Below, one piece after another: positions 1 through 9,732 of a stretch of DNA of 64,000 nt. Numbering within the stretch: position 1 is the stretch's first letter; every line of letters begins with the position of its first letter. Under the pieces are notes generated by a model. It worked only from the letters and a program-made list of their open reading frames with translations. It did not search any database and was not told where the DNA came from. Made by a program: the position numbers and the translations under genes. The stretch comes from Pelagomonas calceolata (lineage: Eukaryota): NCBI GenBank assembly GCA_918797485.1, contig CAKKNE010000002.1:4898001-4962000 (forward strand), in the 5' to 3' direction.

Positions 1-70
1 CAACCACAGCCCTGCCCACCCGCTCGCGGGCACGCCGTCGCCGCGACCGCAAAACCGGGCGCAGCAGTAA

Positions 71-1144
71 ATGCTCGGCAGCGCCGAGTACGCCCGCAAC
101 ATGCGCGCGACCCAGTCGGGCGTCAACGACCAGTCCGCCCGCCGCCGCCGCCAGCACCAGGTCACGCCCGAGGAGGCCGAAGCCCGGTGGGAGCAGGCCA
201 AAAAGGACCACATGATCCCCTTCCACAAGATGGCTTTACTGACCATGGCGGCGACCGCGCCGGCCTTCATAATGGTGTTCATGTACACGGAGCCCGACGT
301 CGGGTGGCATTGGGCCGTGACGCGGCCATATCCCCCCATTTATGATGTTGAAGAACCCATCATCCTGGGCAAGGAGCAATGTGCTGCTTTTCGAAGATCT
401 ACGTCGGACTTTCGACGCGCGGCGCCGGCGGGCCTGCCTTCGTCAGGAGCGGTCTACCTCTGGAAATTACTAAGATTGAACTGCCTCATGCCGCACGAGT
501 GTTTTGAAAGGGAGCGGGGCTTCGACGACGACGACGACCGCATCACGCGTCTGTCGAACGCGGAGAATGAATTACAGAGAAAGAACTGCGCGCCCTTTTT
601 GACGCAGCCGCCCTGGGGCCGCCACGCCTTCCACGGGTCTCCGAGGATCCTGGAGAAGCACCGGCGCGTTAATAGAACCGAGGTCCTGCCCGTGGCCGTG
701 GCCAAGGATCCATGGACCTGGTTCCGGTCGGCCTGCCGGCGGCCGGGAGGCATGCGCTTCAAGCGGGGCGAGACGTGCCCGTCGCCGCCGGGGCCCGTCC
801 GATTTGAAGAAAGACCCTGGGAGTCGCTCGGGCACCTCTGGGGCGCGTGGCACGCGTCTTATGTGGGGACGCGGTCGCTCGTCGTGCGCTACGAGGACCT
901 GCTCTGGCGGCCGGTCGAGACGGTCGGGGCCGTGTGTAGTTGTGTGGGCGGCATGACGGCGCCGCCGCGCGACTTCGACCCCATCCTCGACTCTTATGGT
1001 CGTGGTTTATCACGCATCGGGAACCTGCGGCGCTACGGCAACGAGTCGCTGCGGTTTGCTCGGTTGAGTTCGGGCGACGTGGAGCGGCTGGCGGCGCCTG
1101 AATTAAAGCGCGTGGCGGCGCGGCTCGGTTACAAGCTTGGGTAA
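71..1144 (+). CDS. Membrane-anchored sulfotransferase-like (P-loop) protein
   Basis: 357-aa ORF with an N-terminal TM segment (MALLTMAATAPAFIMVFMY), a 5'-PSB-like motif GLPSSGAVYLWKLL, KDPWTWFRS and VRYEDLL. Confidence 0.6.
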   Translation: MLGSAEYARNMRATQSGVNDQSARRRRQHQVTPEEAEARWEQAKKDHMIPFHKMALLTMAATAPAFIMVFMYTEPDVGWHWAVTRPYPPIYDVEEPIILGKEQCAAFRRSTSDFRRAAPAGLPSSGAVYLWKLLRLNCLMPHECFERERGFDDDDDRITRLSNAENELQRKNCAPFLTQPPWGRHAFHGSPRILEKHRRVNRTEVLPVAVAKDPWTWFRSACRRPGGMRFKRGETCPSPPGPVRFEERPWESLGHLWGAWHASYVGTRSLVVRYEDLLWRPVETVGAVCSCVGGMTAPPRDFDPILDSYGRGLSRIGNLRRYGNESLRFARLSSGDVERLAAPELKRVAARLGYKLG

Positions 1145-1202
1145 TGTGTTCGAGAGTCTACTTGTTAGACAGTGGGGAGACGGTGGGGATCTATTCGGAC
1201 GT

Positions 1203-1529
1203 TCAGCACGAGGTCTTAAAGACCATATTGAATCCTTGGCCGATGCTGAAGACGCAGCTTTCGCCTTCTTCAACTCCCCACTCGCGGGGGGGCTTCGCGC
1301 CGGCGCCGAGGAGGAGCTGGAGGCAGGCGCCGTGGCCGTTCTGCGCCGCATACTCGGCGGGGCTCATGTCGTCGTCTTGCGGACTCCCGGTGGACTTGGA
1401 GACGTCGGTGGGATTGTAAAGCGCGAGCGCCTCGACGGCGGCAACGACTTTCGGATCCGAGACTCGATCGTCGGCCGAATTAAGGGCCTCGCGCAGGCGC
1501 GCCTTGGCTCTCACGCGTGCAGGCGCCAT
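1203..1529 (-). CDS. Short ankyrin-repeat-like protein
   Basis: SPAEYAAQNGHGACLQLLLGAGA matches the ankyrin consensus TPLHxAAxxGHxxxVxLLLxxGA. Confidence 0.5.
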   Translation of the reverse strand: MAPARVRAKARLREALNSADDRVSDPKVVAAVEALALYNPTDVSKSTGSPQDDDMSPAEYAAQNGHGACLQLLLGAGAKPPREWGVEEGESCVFSIGQGFNMVFKTSC

Positions 1530-1841
1530 TGTATCGAGAGCGCCAGCTGGCGCCCAGGATGGCTATGAGGATGATTTTGCAGGCCATTTTTGAGCGCTGC
1601 GACTTGTCGCGTGAGAGTCGTTTCTTCGATACGCGTTAATACAATACTTTTGCCGTCCGTGCGTGTCGCGGCACGTAAAACCGTGCGCGTGGAGAAGACA
1701 AAAACCACAAGTAATGCCACGCTCTCAAGCAGCCGCAGAGAGCTTGCCTTATGGATGGCACACTTCCTGAGATCCAATTCGTGAACACAGGAGGTATCAT
1801 TACGGACAGGAGAAGATTGGGAGCGAATTTTGCCAGAGTTA

Positions 1842-1866
1842 ACTAGCGGCATGTAATGACACTAGC
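1842..1866. promoter_or_regulatory. Twin-CTAG upstream motif, copy 1
   Basis: ACTAGCGGCATGTAATGACACTAGC in a divergent intergenic gap. Confidence 0.6.
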
Positions 1867-2079
1867 AAGCAGCCTGGGCCGAGTTCAGTTGCTAAGCGCA
1901 GCAGCCCGAAAAGCGGCCAAGCGCGACAGGCAGCCCCTGCTTTAAATTTGCCTGCCGGGCGCTGCCCCCGTGGCCACACCTCGCGAGGCCCGCGGCGCGC
2001 CTGAGCACCGGTTTCGGTTGGCTTCCTAGGTACCAGTGCGCACGAGTCAGGACGCGGCACCGCGCGGACGAGCCGACCC

Positions 2080-5000
2080 ATGGACGACAAAGACCAGTGG
2101 GTCGGCGTAGCGCCATGCGTAAGGGCCGGCATCCGGTCTCTGTTAAGACGCTTCGAGGACCAGCAGGCTGCGCTCGACGAGGCGGCCAAATCCCAAGCCG
2201 CGCTCCTCAACGCGCATGCGAGATCGGAGGCCCGCTGCGAGGCCCTCGAGGCGCAGATCGTGGCCGCGCGACGAGAAGCCACCGAAGCTAGGAGGATCGC
2301 CGCCGAGAGCTCTATGAATGTGGCCTCACTCGCGGCGGACCTGGCCAAGCGGCCCGTGCGAGACGAGGTGGAAGCGCGAGCATCAGAAGCCTTCGCGGCG
2401 GCCACAAAGGACGCACACGCGGCCATAGCGGCGGCCGAGGATCGCTTCGCCCAGAGAAGCGACGACGACGCGCGCAAGCTGGTCGCCCTCGTCACGAGCC
2501 GCGACCGCGCGACGCGTGAGGAGACGCGCCAGGCCATCTCGAAAGCTCAGGAAACGGCCCGGAGCCGCGGGGCGACCGCCGCGGCAGAGCTCCGGAAGAG
2601 CCTCGACGGAAGGTTCAAGGCCGAGGCCTTGGCGCGAGAAGAAGAAAAAAGGCGGCTCGAGCGGCGCTGCGATGTCCTATCGCGTGAGGCCGACGCGCTC
2701 CACAAGGCCTACGAATTGTTGAGGGACGAAGTCCGCCAGAACGTGCGCGAGGGGTGTGAATTCGCCGTCGCCTCGGCGAACGACGCTCTAGATGAGGCCA
2801 AGACCGAGCTGTCGCGACTGGCGAACGACGGCGCGCCGAGCGACGCGACCAGTGTGGGCGCCGGCCTCGCTCGAAATATTGCCACATTGGTGGACGCGCG
2901 TGCTGCGGTGGTCTCCGACGCAAAGGTCGCGCGCGTGGCCTCGACATTGCGGGCTGAGGCGGCGGAGACGTCGCAACGCATCTCCGAATCGGCAGGTGAG
3001 GAACGCACGAAGCGGGACGACGCACACAACGCGTTGAGCGACGAAGTGCGGAGGGTAGAGGAACGGTGTAGCGCCGCGGTCGATGCGGCGAGAAGTGACG
3101 CGTCGAAATCCCTGGACGCGGCGACGGAAAAGTATCAGAGCGACGCCGAGCAGCGCACCGCCGCCGCTACCAAGGCGACGACGCACGCGGTACGTAAATG
3201 CGCCGCCGAGGCTAAGGCCACGGCCGACGACGCACGCGAGGCGACAGAGCGCGTCGTCCTCGCGGCGGTAGCAGAGGCAAGACGGGCCGCAGAGCGCGAC
3301 GCCGAGCGGTTGAGCCGCGAGCTGCGCTCCGTCGACGCGCGGGGGGCCGCAGCGGCCGCCGCCGCGGTCGACGGCTGTAGACAGGTCGCCGGCGAGAGCG
3401 CCACGCACGCCGTCGAGGCGGCCCGGAGCGCCACCGTCGACGACGCGCGCCGGGAAGCCAAGGCCGCCGCGTCACTCGCGGCGGACCGCCTCTTCACGGA
3501 GCAGCGCGCGTCGATCCTCGCAGACGCGTCCAAGGCCGCGGCGCAGCTCGCCGCGAGCGCGGCCCTCGAGGCGCGCCGCGCGACCATCGACGAGGCGCGC
3601 GCGGCCGCGGACCGGGCCACCTCAGCTTTACGGGAGAAGACGGCCACCGAGCTCGAGGCCCTCGAAGCGACCTGCGCGGCGAAGCGGGAAGCCCTGGAGG
3701 CGCGCGTGACCTCGAGATATAACGCCGACGCCGACCGTTGTATCGAGGCGGCTCGCAGCGCCGAAAGGAAGGTCGACGACCTTGCGAGCGACGTGAACAA
3801 GAAGCTCGGTTTGAGGCACGATGAAGTGAAGAGGAGTGTGGAACAGGGCATCGACGGCGTGCGCAAGGCACTCGTCGCGACGGTCGAGAAGCTCGACGGC
3901 CAGCAGAAATCTACCATAAAGAACATTAATGATGCATTAGCGGCGCGCGACCAGGCCATCACCTCCCTCGGAGATTCAATACAAACAGTCAAGGACGAGA
4001 CGCACAAGGCCATCGCGGCGAACAACAAGGTCGTCGAGTCCAACAACGCGACCATCGCCCGGGCCATGTCCGACGTCGTGTCCACTATGGAGAAGCAGGT
4101 CAAGGACTCTACGGCCGGTCTCCGGGACGAGATCGGCGCCGCCGCCGCAACCACCGACGCGAAGCGCAAGGAGTATGACGAATCCATCACGCAGCTCACG
4201 AGCGCCGTGAAGGCCGTCGCGGACCGGTCCCAGGCGGCCAAGGACGGCGCGAAGAAGGCGCTCGCGGAGAGTTCCAAGTTCGCGGGCGTCTGGCCGCGCC
4301 TCGACGCCGCGGAGCGCGAGTGCGCCAAGACGCACGCGTTGGCTATGTCCGCGGTGGGCCAGGCCAACTCCGCGGCCGGCGACGCTAGGGCGGCCGCCGG
4401 CGACGCACGTGCCGCGGCGGCCGAGGCCGTCGACTCCTTCGTGAAAGCCAGTGCCGCAGAAGCGTCGCAACAGAGACCTGATGAACGCTTAGCGACGCTC
4501 GGCAAGGCCGTCACGGGACTGGCGAAGCAGGCCAAGCGATTGGCCGAGGACGCGCGCGCGGCCGACAAGGACCGAGCGGCGACGCATGCTCTAGCGGTGG
4601 CTGCCCAAGGCGACGCAAAGGCTGCGGCCTCCGAGGCAAGAGCGGCGGCGGCCGAGTCGAGGGCGGCGGCCGGAAACGCCGTGGATGCATTCTCGAGCGC
4701 CGCGGTGGCGGACGCGATGCGCCCCTCGACGGCGGCGCTCGAGGGCGTCAATCAATTGCAGCGCGCCGTCGACGCGCTCTCGGACGAAGTCGCCACCCTG
4801 AAGCGATTGGATGGCGGCCCGCTGTCGCCGGGCTCGCGGTCCGACGTCGAGAGTCTGAAGCACGACGTCGCGGCCGCGTCGGCCATGACGCAGCAGGCGA
4901 TGAGCGTGTTAGAGTCCACGGCGGACGACCTGCGAGATCGCGTCGCGAAGGTCGTCTCTGGGACTGCGGTGACGGACAGTCGCCTGGCGCGCTGCGAGTC

Positions 5001-5241
5001 TTCCGTGTCGTCGTTGTCAAGATCCTACGCGCGGATCGCGTCGGTGATCGACCGGTTGCGACGAGAAACGCCGGACGCTAGGCACGCAGCGGCGCGGAAC
5101 ATGGGGTCGCCGTCCCGCGGAGCCGATGCGCGCGTCGAGGAGCTCCTGGCGGAGCGGGCCTTGACGATCGGGGCGATCGAGGATCTCGCTCGCGCGTTGG
5201 ATAGGCCAGCCGCCGAGATGGATCCGCTCTCTGTAACATAA
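2080..5241 (+). CDS. Long Ala-rich coiled-coil protein of unknown function
   Basis: 1053-aa ORF rich in A/E/R/K with heptad-like character; the stop lies 15 nt from the convergent gene. Confidence 0.75.
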   Translation: MDDKDQWVGVAPCVRAGIRSLLRRFEDQQAALDEAAKSQAALLNAHARSEARCEALEAQIVAARREATEARRIAAESSMNVASLAADLAKRPVRDEVEARASEAFAAATKDAHAAIAAAEDRFAQRSDDDARKLVALVTSRDRATREETRQAISKAQETARSRGATAAAELRKSLDGRFKAEALAREEEKRRLERRCDVLSREADALHKAYELLRDEVRQNVREGCEFAVASANDALDEAKTELSRLANDGAPSDATSVGAGLARNIATLVDARAAVVSDAKVARVASTLRAEAAETSQRISESAGEERTKRDDAHNALSDEVRRVEERCSAAVDAARSDASKSLDAATEKYQSDAEQRTAAATKATTHAVRKCAAEAKATADDAREATERVVLAAVAEARRAAERDAERLSRELRSVDARGAAAAAAAVDGCRQVAGESATHAVEAARSATVDDARREAKAAASLAADRLFTEQRASILADASKAAAQLAASAALEARRATIDEARAAADRATSALREKTATELEALEATCAAKREALEARVTSRYNADADRCIEAARSAERKVDDLASDVNKKLGLRHDEVKRSVEQGIDGVRKALVATVEKLDGQQKSTIKNINDALAARDQAITSLGDSIQTVKDETHKAIAANNKVVESNNATIARAMSDVVSTMEKQVKDSTAGLRDEIGAAAATTDAKRKEYDESITQLTSAVKAVADRSQAAKDGAKKALAESSKFAGVWPRLDAAERECAKTHALAMSAVGQANSAAGDARAAAGDARAAAAEAVDSFVKASAAEASQQRPDERLATLGKAVTGLAKQAKRLAEDARAADKDRAATHALAVAAQGDAKAAASEARAAAAESRAAAGNAVDAFSSAAVADAMRPSTAALEGVNQLQRAVDALSDEVATLKRLDGGPLSPGSRSDVESLKHDVAAASAMTQQAMSVLESTADDLRDRVAKVVSGTAVTDSRLARCESSVSSLSRSYARIASVIDRLRRETPDARHAAARNMGSPSRGADARVEELLAERALTIGAIEDLARALDRPAAEMDPLSVT

Positions 5242-5256
5242 GACACAAACACTAAC

Positions 5257-7230
5257 TTAGTCGTAGCCCGCCCGCGCGAGCAGGCGCCGGAGGCCCGCCA
5301 GGGTGACAGCCTTGCCCTCGCGCGGTCCGCGCCGGTAGAGCAGGTGCGCCCGCGGCTCGCCACTGAGCGAAGCAATACCGCCCTGGGGCAGGACCGCGGC
5401 CCGGAGCCATCCCTCGTCGACCGTCGAGGCGGCCGCGTCGTCGCCGAAGACGATGCGACAGTGCGAGACGACGTCTTCGCCGTCGCCGGCAGCCCAGACG
5501 CCCGACGATGCGTTGACCCTGACGAAGCCGAGGCGCGCGAGTTGTTCGGTGGCCTCGGGACCATTCGCCCAACGGATATATGCGAGCGGAGACGCTTCGT
5601 CTACGTTCGGAGCACGGTGCGGCAATTCGCGACGGTCCTTGGCTCTCGCGCGCGCCGCAGCCCGCGCCGTCCACGCGTCCGCGGCGCGCGCGGCGTAGGC
5701 CGGAAACGGCTCCTTGTCGTGCGCGAGCGGCGGCCGCCACGCTGCAGCGCAGTCTGCCGCCCAGGCGCAGAGCCGCCGCACGCGCGGCGCGTGTTGGAGG
5801 GACGTCCGGTGCGCGAGGCCCATTATACAACCGAGCACGCCCCGTAATTCATCATCTAGAACACGAAGCTTCTGCGTCAACGGCAACGAGCCTTCGAACA
5901 CGTCCAGGACCCGGCTCGTCGCCCAGAACAGGTGGTCCGCGACCTGAGCCCCATTTAATTCAGACGACTGCAGGGCGTAGCTCAGCGGCGCGACGAGCGC
6001 CGGGTAGAGCGAGACCACGAGGTCGACGTACGCGTCGTCGCCGTAGGCGCTCACGAGGCGGTCGCAGCGCCGCGCGTACGTTTCCAAATCCAAGGCCCGT
6101 GTCAAGGCGTCCCGCGCGGTCCCCTTCAGGGTGCTGAAGCGCTTCGATGTACTATCAGCGAGCTCCTCCACAACAACTTCCAAGTCCGCGTCGCTGAGAT
6201 CCGCCAGCTCCAATTTTAAACTTAAGCCGGCGGTGCAGTTGCCGGCCGGCTGCGCCTTTGCTAGACACGCGTCCCGCTCGGTCCTCGCGTCCCGCGCGCC
6301 GAGGCCCGCCGCCGCCAGGCGCTGGAGCACGGACATTCCCGTCAGACCCTTCTCCGCGAAGAGCTTTACCAGTGATGTACATGTCGCGTGCGACGACGGT
6401 AGCGCGCGGACCGTCGCCAGAGCCAGGATTGACCGTCTCGGAATGATCTGGAGGGCCCGCCTCAACGCTTGTCTCCTTCTATCATCGGTCAGCGCTTCCG
6501 TGAGTCGATCGAAGAGCGCCGCTCGGAAGCCCTCTATGGCACATCGGTATTCAGCAGGCAGTTCCGCGACGTGGTCCGCTTTTGAAAACGCCGCCGCCGG
6601 GTCGATCTCTGAGGAGAAGGCGGCGTGCGCACTCCTCTGAGCGGCGAGGTAGAAGCACGGCTCCGCGACCGCGTCCACCAGCGCGGCGCGCGCGTCGGCG
6701 CCCGCCACGTTCCTCGAGCGCTCTACTAACACAGGCAGCCGCTTCACAAATCTGTTGATAACGTCCGGCCAGCCTTCTTTTGATACTGCGGGGCAGGCCT
6801 GCGCATCCTGGAAGAAGCCGTCGAAGAACGGGGCGGATTGTTTCGCGAGGAGCTGGCCAAAGTCGCCGTCGAGCGCCCTCCGCAGCAACTCCCTTTGTGT
6901 ATCCTCGCTGTCTGGCACGACAGGTGCGTTATCGGTCCAGCGCACCTCTCCACTATGATTGTAGAGGTAGTCACGGCCCGACTCGGCATCGGTCGCGACA
7001 CGCCAGCCTTCGGGAGGCAGCCTCGCAGCGAGCGCCGCCGCCGTCGCCGCGATGGCGTCGTCACTCATCCGTGCGAGCCCGCGCGCCTCGCGCATGCGGC
7101 GCCCGTCGTCGTCCTCCGGGCCGGCTGCCCCTTCATTTTCAATGATGGCGTCCTGCGACGGGATGCAGAGCAGCGACGCGAGGAAGGGGTAGCGGTGCTG
7201 CTCCGGTTGTATATTCATGCCGCCGAGCAT
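5257..7230 (-). CDS. WW-domain protein with a DUF3818 (PX-associated)-like region
   Basis: WW motif LPPEGWRVATDAESGRDYLYNHSGEVRW. The central segment RRALQIIPRRSIL...LVKLFAEKGLTGMSVLQRL resembles DUF3818. Confidence 0.55.
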   Translation of the reverse strand: MLGGMNIQPEQHRYPFLASLLCIPSQDAIIENEGAAGPEDDDGRRMREARGLARMSDDAIAATAAALAARLPPEGWRVATDAESGRDYLYNHSGEVRWTDNAPVVPDSEDTQRELLRRALDGDFGQLLAKQSAPFFDGFFQDAQACPAVSKEGWPDVINRFVKRLPVLVERSRNVAGADARAALVDAVAEPCFYLAAQRSAHAAFSSEIDPAAAFSKADHVAELPAEYRCAIEGFRAALFDRLTEALTDDRRRQALRRALQIIPRRSILALATVRALPSSHATCTSLVKLFAEKGLTGMSVLQRLAAAGLGARDARTERDACLAKAQPAGNCTAGLSLKLELADLSDADLEVVVEELADSTSKRFSTLKGTARDALTRALDLETYARRCDRLVSAYGDDAYVDLVVSLYPALVAPLSYALQSSELNGAQVADHLFWATSRVLDVFEGSLPLTQKLRVLDDELRGVLGCIMGLAHRTSLQHAPRVRRLCAWAADCAAAWRPPLAHDKEPFPAYAARAADAWTARAAARARAKDRRELPHRAPNVDEASPLAYIRWANGPEATEQLARLGFVRVNASSGVWAAGDGEDVVSHCRIVFGDDAAASTVDEGWLRAAVLPQGGIASLSGEPRAHLLYRRGPREGKAVTLAGLRRLLARAGYD

Positions 7231-7666
7231 TTTGTGATGCAGCCCCTTGGCTTTTTTTTCGACGCAGGCGCGTTAAGCACGACGCGGGCGACTGCCCAGC
7301 ACCTCTTACGCGGCTCTGCGTGATCGATGCGCTGGCGTGTGCGCTCAGCCCCCATCGCATCGAGATGCTTTTGTGCGGGGTTCGCGTTTTCTGAATCAAA
7401 GAATGGGTCGAATGTGACGTGAGAGAGGCCTCTGCCGTTGCCCGGACGACTCCGAGCCCGAGTTTCCGACCCCGCCGCCCGGAGCGAGTGCGGCGCTGCT
7501 GCTCTCAGTGCGTCTCGCTTGCTCGCGGGACACGCACAGATCCCATCGAGTACACGGTACAACCGCAAACGACGCCTACCACGCCATCGAGGCTGCCCCG
7601 TTCACTGGTCGCGGGACGCGGACGCATAGAGCACACCAGAAGCCGGCCGCACAGCACACCACCAAA

Positions 7667-8128
7667 ATGCCGGAGGAGAGCAAGGAGGTGGACATCCTGC
7701 CGCGGCTGCGCGGCATTTTGATGAGCAGCGACTTTAGTAATCAATTTGAGGCCTTCGCGGAGGACCACATCGAGCCCTTCGTGCGCGTGTTGGACGACGG
7801 GAAGTCGCCGACGCTCGAACACGTGGAGCACGACCACGAGCTCCATGATATTTACAGATTATACCTCGAGACGTTCGAGAAAAAAATCGAAAAACATATT
7901 ATCGAGGCGGGCTCGACGCTCGACGCGTTCATGCGCGACGCGCGGCGGACGCTGGAATCCGCCGAGGAGTTCGACAGCTCGCGGTTTTTCCTCGAGGCGC
8001 TCCTCGCCACCACGACGTACGAGACGTTTTTAGGACTCATGATGACCGAAGCTAGGCGGGTCAAGGACAAGCGCGATGCGAAGCTGGACACGATCGACGA
8101 GGACGAGGAGAAGAGTGGGCATAAGTAG
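7667..8128 (+). CDS. BART-domain protein (CFAP36/ARL2BP-like)
   Basis: ATG at 7667 in an AAAATG context; FEAFAEDH...EHDHELHDIYRLYLETFEKKIE...LLATTTYETFLGLM pattern. Confidence 0.7.
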   Translation: MPEESKEVDILPRLRGILMSSDFSNQFEAFAEDHIEPFVRVLDDGKSPTLEHVEHDHELHDIYRLYLETFEKKIEKHIIEAGSTLDAFMRDARRTLESAEEFDSSRFFLEALLATTTYETFLGLMMTEARRVKDKRDAKLDTIDEDEEKSGHK

Positions 8129-8144
8129 CACATCATACTTTACC

Positions 8145-9614
8145 TTATCCTGCCCCCTTTTTCTGGTTGCATATCCTGTGGACGACCTGCAGGTTCGACA
8201 TTTCCGTGCGGCCGCCGCGGGCGAGAGGCACGATGTGATCGATGTGCAAGAGATCGTCCGACGGGCCGAGGGCCTCCCCGCAGAGCGGGCACGGGGCCTT
8301 GATTCGCCGCGCCTTTTCTATCATTTCCACGCGCACAGCGCGCGAGACGGCACCGCCCTTATGGCCCGCGAGGATGGTCTGGATGGCATCCTCGAAAGCC
8401 GCGACGCGTGCCTCAGTGCCTTTGTTTGTCAGCGTCTCGAATGCGGGGTGCCTAACCATCAGGTCGACAAAGGCCGCTCGAACCTCCGAGGCCCTCGCGA
8501 CCAGCGCCGCCTTGCGGTCCGGTCGACTCAGGCAATACAGGACGGTGTCCCAGATGTGCTTTTGGACGCTCGTTCTCGTTTGGAAGCGCGCGCCACCGTC
8601 GACCGCGCGTCGGAAGCGCTCCTTGGGGTCGGGGAAGATGAGGACCGCCAGCTCCAAGGCCGCGTCGAGGCCGCGCCGCCACTCTTCGATGCGTGCATCA
8701 TCCTCCCCTTTGTTGAGCCGCTTCATCAGCTCGAGCGCGTGCTGCTTCATGCTGGGCTTGTAGAAGTCTCTGGGCCCGTCGCACTGGAGTGCAAAGTAGC
8801 GGAGGAGAAGCTCCTGCTTCTCGTCCTTTTCGAGTTCGCTCGTCTCGCCGAGCGCCCGTGCGAGGTTACTGCTGGTGACGCCCCCGCCATCGGCCAGGCC
8901 GTCGAGCATCGTCGTGAAGGGGCCGCGTGAGATCGCGCGCCGCAGCTCCTGGTCCGTCATCGGCGTGCCGCCGCCCTGGATGCGCTTGAAGAAGTCGAGA
9001 TAGTCGGTCATTTGCCACGAGGCCGGAATGACGGCGCAGCGGAGCCCGTAGCGGCTCTTGATCTGCCGCTGCTGCTTCTTGTCGAGGTCCTTGAACGTCT
9101 TGCCCTCGAGGTCCTTTAGGATGGGCAGGCCCTCGAGTGCGAAGGTCCCGTGCGTGCCGGCTTTCCTCTGCGGGGCCGTGGCCTTCCAGTGCGGAGCTCG
9201 CTCGCCCTTGATGAAGAGCTTGGTGCTCGTGAGCCGCTGCTGGCCGTCGAAGACTGCGTAGCCTTCATCAGTGTCGAGCAGCACGATCTCCGGCAGGCAC
9301 GGGTAGCCCCGCAGAATGCTCTCGATCCAGAGGGACGACTGCTTCTGCGTCCACTTGAAGCCGCGCTGGAAAATGGGCCGAAGGTCCAGCTCGCCCGCCT
9401 CCTCCTTGCTCAGGATATTCTCGAACTCAAATTCCTTCACGGCGACCGCAGCCAGCTGCTCTTGCGACGCGCCCGCGTACTCGTCGTCGTCGTCGTCATC
9501 CGGCGTGCTCGCAAGCGGCGCGCATCGGTTGCCGCGAGTCGATGTCAGCCGCAGCACAGGCGTGAACGCCGTAGCAGTGACGGCGGCGACGACGAGAACG
9601 CGTCGCGCCACCAT
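8145..9614 (-). CDS. DUF262 (ParB/Srx-like) + HNH endonuclease, GmrSD-like, with a putative bipartite plastid-targeting presequence
   Basis: PIFQRGFKW, IESILRGYP, VFDGQQRLT and FKRIQGGGTPMTDQELRRA (DUF262 motifs). C-terminal CPLCG...HIDHIVPLARGG..SNLQVVHRICN (HNH). N-terminus MVARRVLVVAAVTATA-FTP. Confidence 0.85.
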   Translation of the reverse strand: MVARRVLVVAAVTATAFTPVLRLTSTRGNRCAPLASTPDDDDDDEYAGASQEQLAAVAVKEFEFENILSKEEAGELDLRPIFQRGFKWTQKQSSLWIESILRGYPCLPEIVLLDTDEGYAVFDGQQRLTSTKLFIKGERAPHWKATAPQRKAGTHGTFALEGLPILKDLEGKTFKDLDKKQQRQIKSRYGLRCAVIPASWQMTDYLDFFKRIQGGGTPMTDQELRRAISRGPFTTMLDGLADGGGVTSSNLARALGETSELEKDEKQELLLRYFALQCDGPRDFYKPSMKQHALELMKRLNKGEDDARIEEWRRGLDAALELAVLIFPDPKERFRRAVDGGARFQTRTSVQKHIWDTVLYCLSRPDRKAALVARASEVRAAFVDLMVRHPAFETLTNKGTEARVAAFEDAIQTILAGHKGGAVSRAVRVEMIEKARRIKAPCPLCGEALGPSDDLLHIDHIVPLARGGRTEMSNLQVVHRICNQKKGAG

Positions 9615-9687
9615 TTTTTCGCGACCAATGAGCGATGCAGCAGGAGTAATAGCTGCCAATGTGCACTGCTGGATTTACTCGATCGAT

Positions 9688-9711
9688 GCTAGTATCTTAC
9701 ATGCCGCTAGC
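9688..9711. promoter_or_regulatory. Twin-CTAG upstream motif, copy 2
   Basis: GCTAGTATCTTACATGCCGCTAGC, about 74 nt upstream of the DUF262-HNH ATG. Confidence 0.6.
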
Positions 9712-9732
9712 AAGTCCATCGGACAAATCACA

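Noticed and set aside
3135..4751. 538-aa minus-strand ORF and many similar long overlapping ORFs (e.g. 19350-20309, 40312-41577, 58867-60390)
   Set aside because: Antisense or off-frame shadows of real genes in high-GC, stop-poor DNA, with no recognisable domains.
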